From assembly GCA_046262075.1 (NCBI GenBank), contig JBHENL010000060.1, positions 1 to 39,834 of the forward strand: a stretch of 39,834 nucleotides of DNA, read 5' to 3'. A program made the translations under genes and the position numbers. This stretch comes from Gemmatimonadota bacterium. GTDB lineage: Bacteria; Gemmatimonadota; Gemmatimonadetes; JACCXV01. Below, piece by piece: positions 22,259-30,157 of the stretch (its first letter is position 1; every line of letters starts with the position of its first letter). The notes under the pieces are model-generated. The model had not been told where the DNA came from. It saw only the letters and a program-made list of their open reading frames with translations, and made no database searches.

Positions 22259-23130
22259 CGGAGCCCGTGCGCGTCGCGGTGATTCCCGCGGCCGGGCTGG
22301 GGACGCGCTTCCTGCCCGTCACGAAGAGCGTGCCCAAGGAGATGCTGCCGCTCGTAGACCGCCCGGTGATCGACGCCGTGGCCTCCGAGGCCACCGCGGC
22401 GGGCGTCGAGGAGATCGTGCTCGTCAGCGCTCCGGGCAAGCCAGCGCTCGCGGCCTACTTCGAACCGGCCCCCGAGCTCGAGGAGCGGCTCGCCGCCGAG
22501 GGGCGCGCGGCGGACCTCGCCCTCGCGCGGCGTGGACAGGAGCTGGCGCGCGTGACGGTCGTGCACCAGCGGCGGCCCATCGGCAACGGAGACGCGGTGC
22601 TGCGGGCGCGCGAGGCGGTCGGCGGGCGGCCGTTCCTGGTCCTCTGGGGAGACGACGTCACGGTGGCGGAGCCGGCCGTGGCGTGGCAGCTGCTCGCGGC
22701 GCGCGAGCGGCTGGGCGGAGGCAGCGTCGCCGCCGCGATGCGGGTGCCGCCCGGGGAGGCCCGCCGCTACGCGGTGGTGGAGGGCGAGCCCGTGGAGGAG
22801 CGGACGTGGCGCGTGCGACGCATCGTGGAGAAGCCCGAGCGGCCGGCATCCGGCGAGCCGCTGGCGGCGGTGCACGCCTACGTCTTCGAGCCCCAGATCT
22901 TCGAGGAGCTCGCGGCGCTGGGCCCTGGCCGCGGGGGAGAGATCTGGCTCAGCGATGCGATCAATGCGCTGGCGCAGCGCGCGCCCGTGTACGCCCACGT
23001 GTTCGAGGGCGAGCGCTACGACGCAGGCGACCGCGCGGGGTACGTCCGCGCGTTCGTCGCCGAGGCGCTCGCGCGGCCCGAGCTGGCGGACGGCCTTCGG
23101 GCCTGGCTGCGCAGCCGACTCGAGGCCTAG
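22255..23130 (+). CDS. galU: UTP--glucose-1-phosphate uridylyltransferase
   Basis: VIPAAGLGTRFLPVTKSVPKEMLPLVDRPVI N-terminal signature. 291 aa. GTGA overlap with galK. Confidence 0.92.
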
Positions 23131-23134
23131 TCCC

Positions 23135-23866
23135 GTGCCTCTCGTGCGAACGCCCGCGCTGGTGCTGCGCGCCTACGACTACGGCGACTCGAGCCGGATC
23201 TTCCGGCTCACGACGCCGGAATCCGGAGTGCAGTCGCTCCTGGCGCGAGGCGTGAAGGGCCCGCGCAGCCGGCTGCGCGGCGTCCTCGACCTCTTCAACC
23301 TGATCGAGGTCTCGTACGTGAGGAAGCCGGGACGCACGCTGCACCTCCCGCGAGACGCCGATCTGGTGAGCACCCATCCGCGCATGAAGCGAGACCTGGA
23401 CCGCACCCTGGCCTTCGGGTCCGTGGCCCGGCTGCTCCAGGCCCTCTCCGAGGAGGGGGAGCGGAACCCCGAGCTGTTCGGCTTCATGGTGGCGACCGCC
23501 TCGGCCTTCGACGCACCCGAGCTTCCGTCGCAGGCCCTCGAGCCCCTGCGACAGCACGCCTGCTGGCAGGTCCTCTCGTTCAAGGGGTACGCACCCCAGG
23601 TCGAGCACTGCGTCGCCTGCGGCGCGGCGGCGGGCCGGCGCCCCTCGTTCGCGGTGTCCGAAGGCGGGGTGCTGTGCGGGCGCTGCGCGGCGGGGCGCCC
23701 TTCGCTCTCGACGCGCGAGTACGGGGCCCTGCGGCTCTTCGTGGACGGAGAGGCGTCGGCGGCCGCGGAGTGGCGCTTCGCCGAGGGCGAGGGGCGCCGG
23801 CTGGACCGGATCCGCGAGGCGTTCGCGGCCTACCACACCGGCTTCGCTCCCGCGCGCCCGCGGTGA
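23135..23866 (+). CDS. recO: DNA repair protein RecO
   Basis: GTG 23135 gives VPLVRTPALVLRAYDYGDSSRIFRLTT (RecO OB fold). There is a zinc finger CVACG...VLCGRC. The 5' part of track ORF 22955.. lies inside galU. Confidence 0.88.
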   Translation: MPLVRTPALVLRAYDYGDSSRIFRLTTPESGVQSLLARGVKGPRSRLRGVLDLFNLIEVSYVRKPGRTLHLPRDADLVSTHPRMKRDLDRTLAFGSVARLLQALSEEGERNPELFGFMVATASAFDAPELPSQALEPLRQHACWQVLSFKGYAPQVEHCVACGAAAGRRPSFAVSEGGVLCGRCAAGRPSLSTREYGALRLFVDGEASAAAEWRFAEGEGRRLDRIREAFAAYHTGFAPARPR

Positions 23867-25764
23867 TCCTCGGGACCGCCGGCCACATCGACCACGGGAA
23901 GACTGCGCTCGTCCACGCCCTGACCGGCGTGTGGACCGACCGCCTCAAGGAGGAGCGGGAGCGCGGGATCTCGATCGACCTGGGCTTCGCGCACTGGGAC
24001 GCCGCGCCCGGCCTGCGGATCGGGGTCGTGGACGTCCCCGGCCACCAGGACTTCATCCGGAACATGGTCGCGGGTGCTTCGGGGGTGGACGCGGCGCTGT
24101 TCGTCGTGAGCGCCGAGGAGGGCATGATGCCCCAGTCGCGCGAGCACCTGGAGATCCTGCGCCAGCTCGGCGTCGGTCGCGGCGTGGTGGCGCTGACGAA
24201 GCGCGACCTGGTGGAGCCGGAGTGGCTGGAGCTCGTCTCGGCGTCCGTGGCGCAGGAGCTCGCCGGGAGCTTCCTCGAGCACGCGCCGGCCATCGCCGTC
24301 TCCGCCCGCACCGGGGCGGGTCTCGGCGAGCTACGCCGGGCGATCCTCGCGCTCTTCGCCGGCCCCGGGCCGGAGGCCGACGCCCGTCTCGAGCTCGGCT
24401 TCCGGCTGCCGGTGGACCGCGCGTTCACGGTGCATGGCGTCGGGACGGTCGTGACGGGGACCCCCGGCTCGGGTAGGCTGGAGCTGGACGACGTGGTCCG
24501 TCTCCTGCCGGCGGAGCGGACCGCGCGCGTGCGCTCGATCCAGAGTCACGGCGAGACGACGGCGCACGCGAGGCGCGGCCGGCGAACGGCGGTCGCCCTC
24601 GGCGGCGCCGAGCGCGAGTGGGCGCCGCGTGGCAGCGTGCTCGTGACGGGGGAGCAGTGGCGCGCGGCGCGGCTCTGGCAGGCCCGCGTGGAGTTCCGAC
24701 CTAGCGCCGCGCGCGAGCTGCGGAGCGGCACCCGGGTACGGGTGCTGCTCGGCACGGCGGAAGTGATCGGGCGGCTCACTCTCGAGGCCGGCGCTTCGCC
24801 GATGCGCCCCGGCGGCGTGGCGTTCGGCCAGCTGCGGCTCGAGGGCGACCTCGTCGCCGCTCTGGGCGACCGGTTCGTGCTGCGATCGTTCTCGCCCCTA
24901 GAAACACTCGGCGGCGGCGAGGTCCTCTGTCGCTCGACGCGCAGGCTGGGGCCGCGGCGGCTCGCCGAGGCGGCGCCGCTCCATCGCGCCCTGCGCTCCT
25001 CCGACCCTGCCGAGCGGCTCTCGGCCGTCGTCGCGGAGCGCGGCACCCGCGGGATTCCGCTCGCGGAGGCGGCGTTCCGCGCCGGCCTGGCGGGAGAGCC
25101 GCGACGGCTCGCGCTCGCCGCGCTGGAAGCGCGCGGCGAGGTCGTCGCCGCCGGTGGCCGACTCTTCCCCGCCGCAGCGGTGGACGTCCTGCGCGGCCGG
25201 CTCCTCGCGGAGCTCGCGGCGTTCCACTCGCGGGAGCGGATCCGCCGCGGCCTCCCGCTGAGCGAGCTGCGGGAGCGCGCCCGCGCGTCCGCGCCGCTCG
25301 TCGACCGGGTGTTGGGGGAGCTGGTCACCGCCGCCCGCTTGGTGGTCGAGCACCATCAGGTGCGGCTCGCGTCCGACGCGGGAGCGCTCGGCGGCCGCGA
25401 AACGGAGTGGCGCGACGCGCTCCTCGAGCGCTACGCGCGCTCGGGTCTCGAGCCCCCCGATCCGGCGCAGGCGATCACGGAGATCGGCGCTCCGCCGCGT
25501 GAGGGTCGCGCGCTGCTGGATCGGCTGGTCGAGGAAGCGCGTTTGACAAAGCTCGGAGCGGGTCTCTACTTTCACGCGGCTCCGCTGCTCGCTGCGCGCG
25601 AGCGGGTGCGCGCGCTGCTCGCCGGCCGGCCCGCAGCCTCCGTCGGCGAGCTCAAGGACCTCCTCGGCGTCAGCCGAAAGTACCTGATTCCCCTGCTCGA
25701 GCACTTCGACCGCGAGGGGCTGACGCGGCGCACCCCCGCGGGCCGTACCCTCGCCCGCCCCTGA
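23863..25764 (+). CDS. selB: Selenocysteine-specific translation elongation factor SelB
   Basis: GTG 23863 (GTGA overlap with recO). VILGTAGHIDHGKTALVHALTG...DRLKEERERGISIDLGFA...VDVPGHQDFIRNM...ALTKRDL closely parallels E. coli SelB as I recall it. The long C-terminus has winged-helix repeats ending LGVSRKYLIPLLEHFDREGLTRR. Confidence 0.9.
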   Translation: MILGTAGHIDHGKTALVHALTGVWTDRLKEERERGISIDLGFAHWDAAPGLRIGVVDVPGHQDFIRNMVAGASGVDAALFVVSAEEGMMPQSREHLEILRQLGVGRGVVALTKRDLVEPEWLELVSASVAQELAGSFLEHAPAIAVSARTGAGLGELRRAILALFAGPGPEADARLELGFRLPVDRAFTVHGVGTVVTGTPGSGRLELDDVVRLLPAERTARVRSIQSHGETTAHARRGRRTAVALGGAEREWAPRGSVLVTGEQWRAARLWQARVEFRPSAARELRSGTRVRVLLGTAEVIGRLTLEAGASPMRPGGVAFGQLRLEGDLVAALGDRFVLRSFSPLETLGGGEVLCRSTRRLGPRRLAEAAPLHRALRSSDPAERLSAVVAERGTRGIPLAEAAFRAGLAGEPRRLALAALEARGEVVAAGGRLFPAAAVDVLRGRLLAELAAFHSRERIRRGLPLSELRERARASAPLVDRVLGELVTAARLVVEHHQVRLASDAGALGGRETEWRDALLERYARSGLEPPDPAQAITEIGAPPREGRALLDRLVEEARLTKLGAGLYFHAAPLLAARERVRALLAGRPAASVGELKDLLGVSRKYLIPLLEHFDREGLTRRTPAGRTLARP

Positions 25765-25770
25765 CGCGCC

Positions 25771-26520
25771 TTGCTCGTGCCGACCCCGGCCCCCTCACGC
25801 GGTCGTCGCGACGACCGGGAGGACTCCGCCGGTCGCGCCGGCCGAGCACGCCGCCCGGCGCGCCGCCCGGCCGTCGCCCACGCCTGGAGCGCCGCCGCTC
25901 TCTCGCTCGCGCTGCTGGCCGCGGGCTGTGCGCACCGCGGCGGCCCGCCTCCCGAGGACGCCACACGCGACCCCGAGTTCCGGCGCGCGCTTCGCGAGCG
26001 CGATCCGGAGTTCGCGACCCAGCACGAAGCCCTCGTCGCCGGGCTGTACGAGGAGTTCGTGCCACCCGAGTCCGCCGCCGCGGCAGTGGCCGCGCCCGCC
26101 CGTCCGGCCTCCATCGAGCGCGAATCGTCCGGAGCCGCAGCGGTCGCGGACCCGCTCGCGGGGGAGGATCCTTCCACCGAGGAGCTGCTGCGTTCGCTGC
26201 CTCTCGCCCCCGGGGAGCCGCCGCGCCCCGCCGGCCGGCCGCGTGAGCGCACGACCGAGGGCGGGCCGTCGAACGTGACCGCGCCCCAGGCCGTGTGGGC
26301 GCTGCAGCTCGGCGCGTTCCGCAGCGAGGAGGCGGCCGCACAGCGGGCGGCCCAGGTCCGCGCTGCGCTGCCCGGCCAATCGGTCCGGCTGACCAGGGGC
26401 GGCGGCTACGTGCGCGTGCTGCTGGGAGCCTTCCCCACGCGCGCGGAGGCGGAGATCGAGCTGCGTGGCGTGGAGGCTCGCGGGCTCGGTCCCGCCCATC
26501 TCACGCGCGGCGCCCGCTAG
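25771..26520 (+). CDS. SPOR domain lipoprotein
   Basis: Lipobox LALLAAGC. Pro/Ala/Glu-rich linker. C-terminal SPOR domain WALQLGAFRSEEAAAQRAAQVRAAL...YVRVLLGAFPTRAEAE. Start is TTG 25771 or GTG 25777. Confidence 0.75.
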   Translation: MLVPTPAPSRGRRDDREDSAGRAGRARRPARRPAVAHAWSAAALSLALLAAGCAHRGGPPPEDATRDPEFRRALRERDPEFATQHEALVAGLYEEFVPPESAAAAVAAPARPASIERESSGAAAVADPLAGEDPSTEELLRSLPLAPGEPPRPAGRPRERTTEGGPSNVTAPQAVWALQLGAFRSEEAAAQRAAQVRAALPGQSVRLTRGGGYVRVLLGAFPTRAEAEIELRGVEARGLGPAHLTRGAR

Positions 26521-26931
26521 GTGTCACCGCTGCGCGCGCTCTGCGCTCTAGTCGTGCTCGCCGGGCTGGTCGCGGGAGGGCTGCTGGTGCTGAGCGACGA
26601 CGCGGGGCCGTTCTTCCCCGGCTCGCCCACGCCGCCCCCGCCCGCGTCCGAGCGCGGCTTCCGTCTGGAGCAGAACCAGCCCAATCCCTTCCAGCAGACG
26701 ACGGTGATCGTCTACAGCATCCCCGACGAGGAGCCGGTTCAGCTGCGGATCTACAACACCCTCGGGGCGCCCGTGATCACGCTGGTGAACGGGGTAAAGC
26801 CCGCCGGATTCCACCAGGTGGAGTGGGACGGTCGAGACCGCAACGGAAACCGGCTGCCCGGGGGGATCTATTTCTACCAGCTCACCGCCGGTGACCGGCA
26901 GGAGCTCAGACGCATGGTGCTGCTGCCCTGA
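26521..26931 (+). CDS. Small membrane-anchored protein made almost entirely of a FlgD-Ig / T9SS-type C-terminal domain
   Basis: 136 aa. N-terminal hydrophobic helix LCALVVLAGLVAGGLLVL, a Pro-rich linker, then LEQNQPNPF...VQLRIYNTLGAPV...GFHQVEWDGRDRNGNRLPGGIYFYQL...RRMVLL, the characteristic pattern of this domain. The GTG directly abuts the upstream TAG. Confidence 0.7.
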   Translation: MSPLRALCALVVLAGLVAGGLLVLSDDAGPFFPGSPTPPPPASERGFRLEQNQPNPFQQTTVIVYSIPDEEPVQLRIYNTLGAPVITLVNGVKPAGFHQVEWDGRDRNGNRLPGGIYFYQLTAGDRQELRRMVLLP

Positions 26932-26972
26932 GCGCGGGCGAGAAACCGGGTCGCAGCTCGCGCGAAGGCGAC

Positions 26973-27332
26973 TCAGATCTCGTAGACCAGCCGCCCGCAG
27001 TTCGGACAGCTCGCCACGCCGTCGGGGGCTTCGGCGGGCTCGAGGCGGCTGGTGGGGAAGCGGGTGAAGCAGCCGTAGCAGGTTCCTCCGCGCACCGGGG
27101 CGATCGGTCGCCGGTACTTGCGCGCGACGCGCTCGAAACGGCGCAGGAGCGAGGGCGGGAGCGAGGCGCGGAGGCTCTCGATCGCGTCCTCCATCTCGCG
27201 CGCCGCCTGCTGCCGGTCCGCGATCTCGAAGCCCATGGCCTCCAGCTGCGCGACCTCGCCCTCGTCGGACATCTCCTGTCGCAGCTCCCGGAGGTCCTGC
27301 AGTACGATCAGGCGCTCCGCAGGGCTCTCCAT
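26973..27332 (-). CDS. C4 zinc-ribbon protein (COG1579 / zf-RING_7-like, short form)
   Basis: 119 aa with a short coiled-coil N-terminus and a C-terminal CYGCFTRFP...SCPNCGRLVY four-Cys ribbon preceded by LLRRFERVARKY, as in COG1579 proteins. Confidence 0.75.
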   Translation of the reverse strand: MESPAERLIVLQDLRELRQEMSDEGEVAQLEAMGFEIADRQQAAREMEDAIESLRASLPPSLLRRFERVARKYRRPIAPVRGGTCYGCFTRFPTSRLEPAEAPDGVASCPNCGRLVYEI

Positions 27333-27342
27333 CCGCGCCCTC

Positions 27343-27795
27343 TCAGACGTCCGCGGCGTCGAGCACCGCGAGGAACTCCTGCGGCGTGCGGACGCGGTCG
27401 AGCTTCTCCAGGTTCTCGCGGTTCTTGCAGAATTGCGCGATCCGTCCCAGCACCGGCAGGTACTGGTTCGAGACCTCGAGCGGTGGCGCCACGATCAGGA
27501 ACAGGTAGCGCACGGGCTTGCCGTCCAGTGCGGCGAACTCGATTCCCTGCGGTCTGCGTCCGAACGCCACGCGCAAGCGCTCCACCACGAGCGACCGCGA
27601 GTGCGGGATCGCCACTCCGCTCCCGATGCCCGTCGAGCCCAGCGCCTCACGCTTCTTCAGCAGGCTCACCAGGATCTCCTGGGCGCGCCGCTCGAGCTTC
27701 AGCAGCCCGACGAGCTCCTCCAGTGCAGCGTCCTTCGAAGCCGCGGCCAACTCGAGCCGCACCTCGTTGAGGTGCACGAACTCCGACAGCTTCAT
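27343..27795 (-). CDS. ptsN: PTS EIIA(Ntr)-type nitrogen regulatory protein PtsN
   Basis: The 150-aa core MKLSEF...REALGSTGIGSGVAIPHSR (phospho-His motif)...RYLFLIVAP is a typical PTS_EIIA_2 domain. The upstream 294 aa of track ORF 27343..28677 overlap the next gene and are Arg/Pro-rich, so they are an artefact. Confidence 0.88.
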   Translation of the reverse strand: MKLSEFVHLNEVRLELAAASKDAALEELVGLLKLERRAQEILVSLLKKREALGSTGIGSGVAIPHSRSLVVERLRVAFGRRPQGIEFAALDGKPVRYLFLIVAPPLEVSNQYLPVLGRIAQFCKNRENLEKLDRVRTPQEFLAVLDAADV

Positions 27796-27830
27796 CCGAG
27801 TCTCCAGCGAGGGCTCCGGCGGCGCCGGCT

Positions 27831-29258
27831 TCAGAACGTGCGCTGAAGCCGGAAGAGCAGGCGCGGACCGGAGGAGGGTTCGTCCAGGTTCGAGAGCCGC
27901 TGCGCCAGGAAGACGCCGAGGTAGCCGAGCACCGTCACGCCGGATACGCCGAGACCGGCGTCCCAGCGCAGGTCCGAGTACAGCCGCGCGCGCGCCGATC
28001 GCTCCACCGCGTTGCCGACGTTCGAAAATACCTCCAGCTGCCAGAGCAGGAACACGGGCGCCGACCAGGGAGTGGTCGGGAGCTGGAACGTGTACTCTCC
28101 GCTGGCGAGGACTCCGCGGTCGCCGCCGAGGATCAGCGTGTCGAATCCGGGCAACGATCCCGGCCCGCCCAGGTAGGTGAATCGCTGGCGGGGCAACTCC
28201 TCCGTTCCGAGGACGGGGGCCGACAAATGGAGCCGCGCGTTGAGCCAGTGCCGCTCGGCCAGTCGCGTGTAGCGCCGGACGTGGAGCGTTCCACGCCAGA
28301 ACGAGTGGTCGCCACCGAGGACGGCCCCGGCTCGCTCCAGGGACCCGGTCAGGCTCCAGCCGGGAACGCGCAGCGCTGGCGACTGGCTGGCGGCGGTGAC
28401 CAGCCGCGCCTCGAGCGCAGCGGAGGTCACGCGCCCCTCCGCGATCGACGGGTTGGGCCGGAAGGCTCCCTCGTCGCCGAACAGGGTCGGGAGCGTGAAG
28501 AAGCCATCCTCCTGGACCGATTCGTTCGTCTCGGTGAGCAGCGTCAGCTCGAAGCCCCACGGGCGCAGGTCGGAGGTCGAAGCGCCGAGACGCACGCCGT
28601 TCGCCTCGTAGTAGTTGCGCAGGTCGGAGTGGGCGAGAAAGACCCAGAAGTCGTTCTCCCGGGCGCCGATCTTCCACCCATCGGGGGTGTGCGTGTCACG
28701 GTAGCCCTCGACCCATACCCGCAGCCGGTCGAGATCGGAGAGGATCTGGGTTGCCGTTGCCCGGACCCACGGCTCCTCCAGCCGGTGCGTGCGCATTCCC
28801 GCGGAAACCTCGAGCGTGGGCAGCGCGTTGGGCCGCACGCTCAGGAGCGAGAGGCCGAAGCCGGGACGCCAGCCGTCCACGCGGTTCAGGTGCCCGATCT
28901 CGAAGCCTCGCAGCCCCGCCAGCGACACCTCGTAACCCCGCGCCGAGGCCCGCTCCACGAACGCGGGAATCGATGGCGGGGGATGGACGGCAGCGGAATC
29001 GGCCGCCGTCGAGTCCGCGGCAGAATCGGGCGGCCGTCGGTTCGCCGCCGCGGAATCCGCGGGCCCCGCCGCGGCCGTCGTGTCGGGGAGCGCGCTGGGC
29101 ATCTCGGCCGGGGGCGGCTCGCCCCCGGGTTCCTGCGCGGCAGAGACACGAGCGGGAGTCAGGCAGATCGCGCCCGGGAGCAGCAGGGCTGCGACGAGGG
29201 AGAGGCGCGGCAATGGGGGAGGTCCGGGACCGGGTTGGGGCGTGGGACGGGCCAACAT
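27831..29258 (-). CDS. Omp85/BamA-superfamily-like outer-membrane beta-barrel protein (no obvious POTRA)
   Basis: Signal peptide from MLARP...LSLVAALLLPGAICLTPARVSA/AQE, so ATG 29258 is preferred over 29336. Motifs LGGPGSLPGF...GDRGVLASGEYTFQL...FSNVGNA resemble the Omp85 barrel. There are alternating beta-strand patterns and a terminal ...FRLQRTF aromatic residue. Confidence 0.7.
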   Translation of the reverse strand: MLARPTPQPGPGPPPLPRLSLVAALLLPGAICLTPARVSAAQEPGGEPPPAEMPSALPDTTAAAGPADSAAANRRPPDSAADSTAADSAAVHPPPSIPAFVERASARGYEVSLAGLRGFEIGHLNRVDGWRPGFGLSLLSVRPNALPTLEVSAGMRTHRLEEPWVRATATQILSDLDRLRVWVEGYRDTHTPDGWKIGARENDFWVFLAHSDLRNYYEANGVRLGASTSDLRPWGFELTLLTETNESVQEDGFFTLPTLFGDEGAFRPNPSIAEGRVTSAALEARLVTAASQSPALRVPGWSLTGSLERAGAVLGGDHSFWRGTLHVRRYTRLAERHWLNARLHLSAPVLGTEELPRQRFTYLGGPGSLPGFDTLILGGDRGVLASGEYTFQLPTTPWSAPVFLLWQLEVFSNVGNAVERSARARLYSDLRWDAGLGVSGVTVLGYLGVFLAQRLSNLDEPSSGPRLLFRLQRTF

Positions 29259-29320
29259 AGCGGCCCCGTGTGAATGCGTCAAACGAATGCCCGGCAAGGA
29301 TCTACGTGAACGAACGCGGA

Positions 29321-29350
29321 TTGCGGGAGCCGGCATCCACCATCTATACT
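29321..29350 (+). promoter_or_regulatory. Candidate promoter for larB operon (TTGCGG-18 nt-TATACT)
   Basis: TATACT at 29345-29350 is a near-consensus -10 in otherwise GC-rich DNA. TTGCGG at 29321-29326. The pair lies 58 nt upstream of the larB GTG. Confidence 0.3.
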
Positions 29351-29407
29351 GCCCCGCACCCCAGCTCTGGATCCTAGCATGGAGATCCCCTCAACCTCGC
29401 GCACGGC

Positions 29408-30157
29408 GTGAGACCGGCCGAGCTCAAGGCTCTCCTCGAGCGGGTTCGCGACGGCGCGACCGACGTCGGCGGCGCCGTCGAGTGCCTGTCGGCGTTCCCC
29501 GCCGAGGACCTCGGCTTCGCGGTGCTCGACCACCAGCGCGAGCTGCGCACCGGGATGCCCGAGGCCGTCTTCGCGCAAGGGAAGGCCGCGGATCAGGTGG
29601 TCGCGATCGCCCGGCGCCTGTGGGAGGAGCACGGCCTGCTCCTGGTCACGCGTGCCGAGCCCGACGTCGCCGAGCGCGTGTGCCAGGCCGTCCCCGGCGC
29701 GCGATACAACGCGCTCGCGCGCACGGTCTCCGCCGGGGGGGGCGAGCCACGCGGCGACGCGAGAGTGGCGATCGTATGCGCCGGGACGGCGGACCTGCCC
29801 GTGGCGGAGGAGGTGGCCGAGACGCTGAGCGTCCTGAGCGCCCCGCTCGAGCGCGTCTATGACGTCGGGGTGGCCGGCCTGCACCGCCTGACCCGCAGGC
29901 TGGAAACCCTGCGCGCGGCGCGGGCCATCGTCGTGGTCGCGGGCATGGAGGGCGCGCTGCCCTCGGTCGTGGCGGGTCTCGTCCCGGCTCCGGTGATCGG
30001 CGTGCCCACGAGTGTGGGCTACGGCGCGAGCTTCGGCGGCGTGGCGGCGCTCCTCGGCATGCTGAACAGCTGCGCGGCTGGACTCGCGGTGGTGAACATC
30101 GACAACGGCTTCGGCGCCGCCTGCATCGCGAGCCGGATCGTCACGGGGACCCGGTGA
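29408..30157 (+). CDS. larB: Nickel-pincer cofactor biosynthesis protein LarB (PurE-like AIR carboxylase family)
   Basis: 249 aa. DLGFAVLDHQRELRTGMPEAVF...VAIVCAGTADLPVAEEVAETL...YDVGVAGLHRL...VVAGMEGALPSVVAGLV..PVIGVPTSVGYGASFGGVAALLGMLNSCAAGLAVVNIDNGFGAA matches LarB end to end. Confidence 0.9.
   Translation: MRPAELKALLERVRDGATDVGGAVECLSAFPAEDLGFAVLDHQRELRTGMPEAVFAQGKAADQVVAIARRLWEEHGLLLVTRAEPDVAERVCQAVPGARYNALARTVSAGGGEPRGDARVAIVCAGTADLPVAEEVAETLSVLSAPLERVYDVGVAGLHRLTRRLETLRAARAIVVVAGMEGALPSVVAGLVPAPVIGVPTSVGYGASFGGVAALLGMLNSCAAGLAVVNIDNGFGAACIASRIVTGTR

Noticed and set aside
23135-26931. tRNA-Sec (selC), a SECIS hairpin or a TGA-interrupted selenoprotein gene near selB
   Set aside because: There is no tRNA-like T-loop/acceptor structure with a UCA anticodon. 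The only CTTCAAA/ATTCAAAG-like strings (about 32700 and 33815) lie in a CDS or have no cloverleaf context. All neighbouring ORFs are continuous without in-frame TGA.
26932-26972. Rho-independent terminator in the convergent gap after the mini-CTD gene
   Set aside because: Only short (5-bp) GC stems without a U-tract are present, which is not enough to call.
29379-29411. 10-codon upstream ORF (MEIPSTSRTA) whose TGA overlaps the larB GTG (GCGTGA)
   Set aside because: It is short, has no RBS, and this coincidence is easy to obtain by chance. It cannot be told apart from noise without conservation or ribosome-profiling data. Worth a glance only if the larB leader proves conserved.
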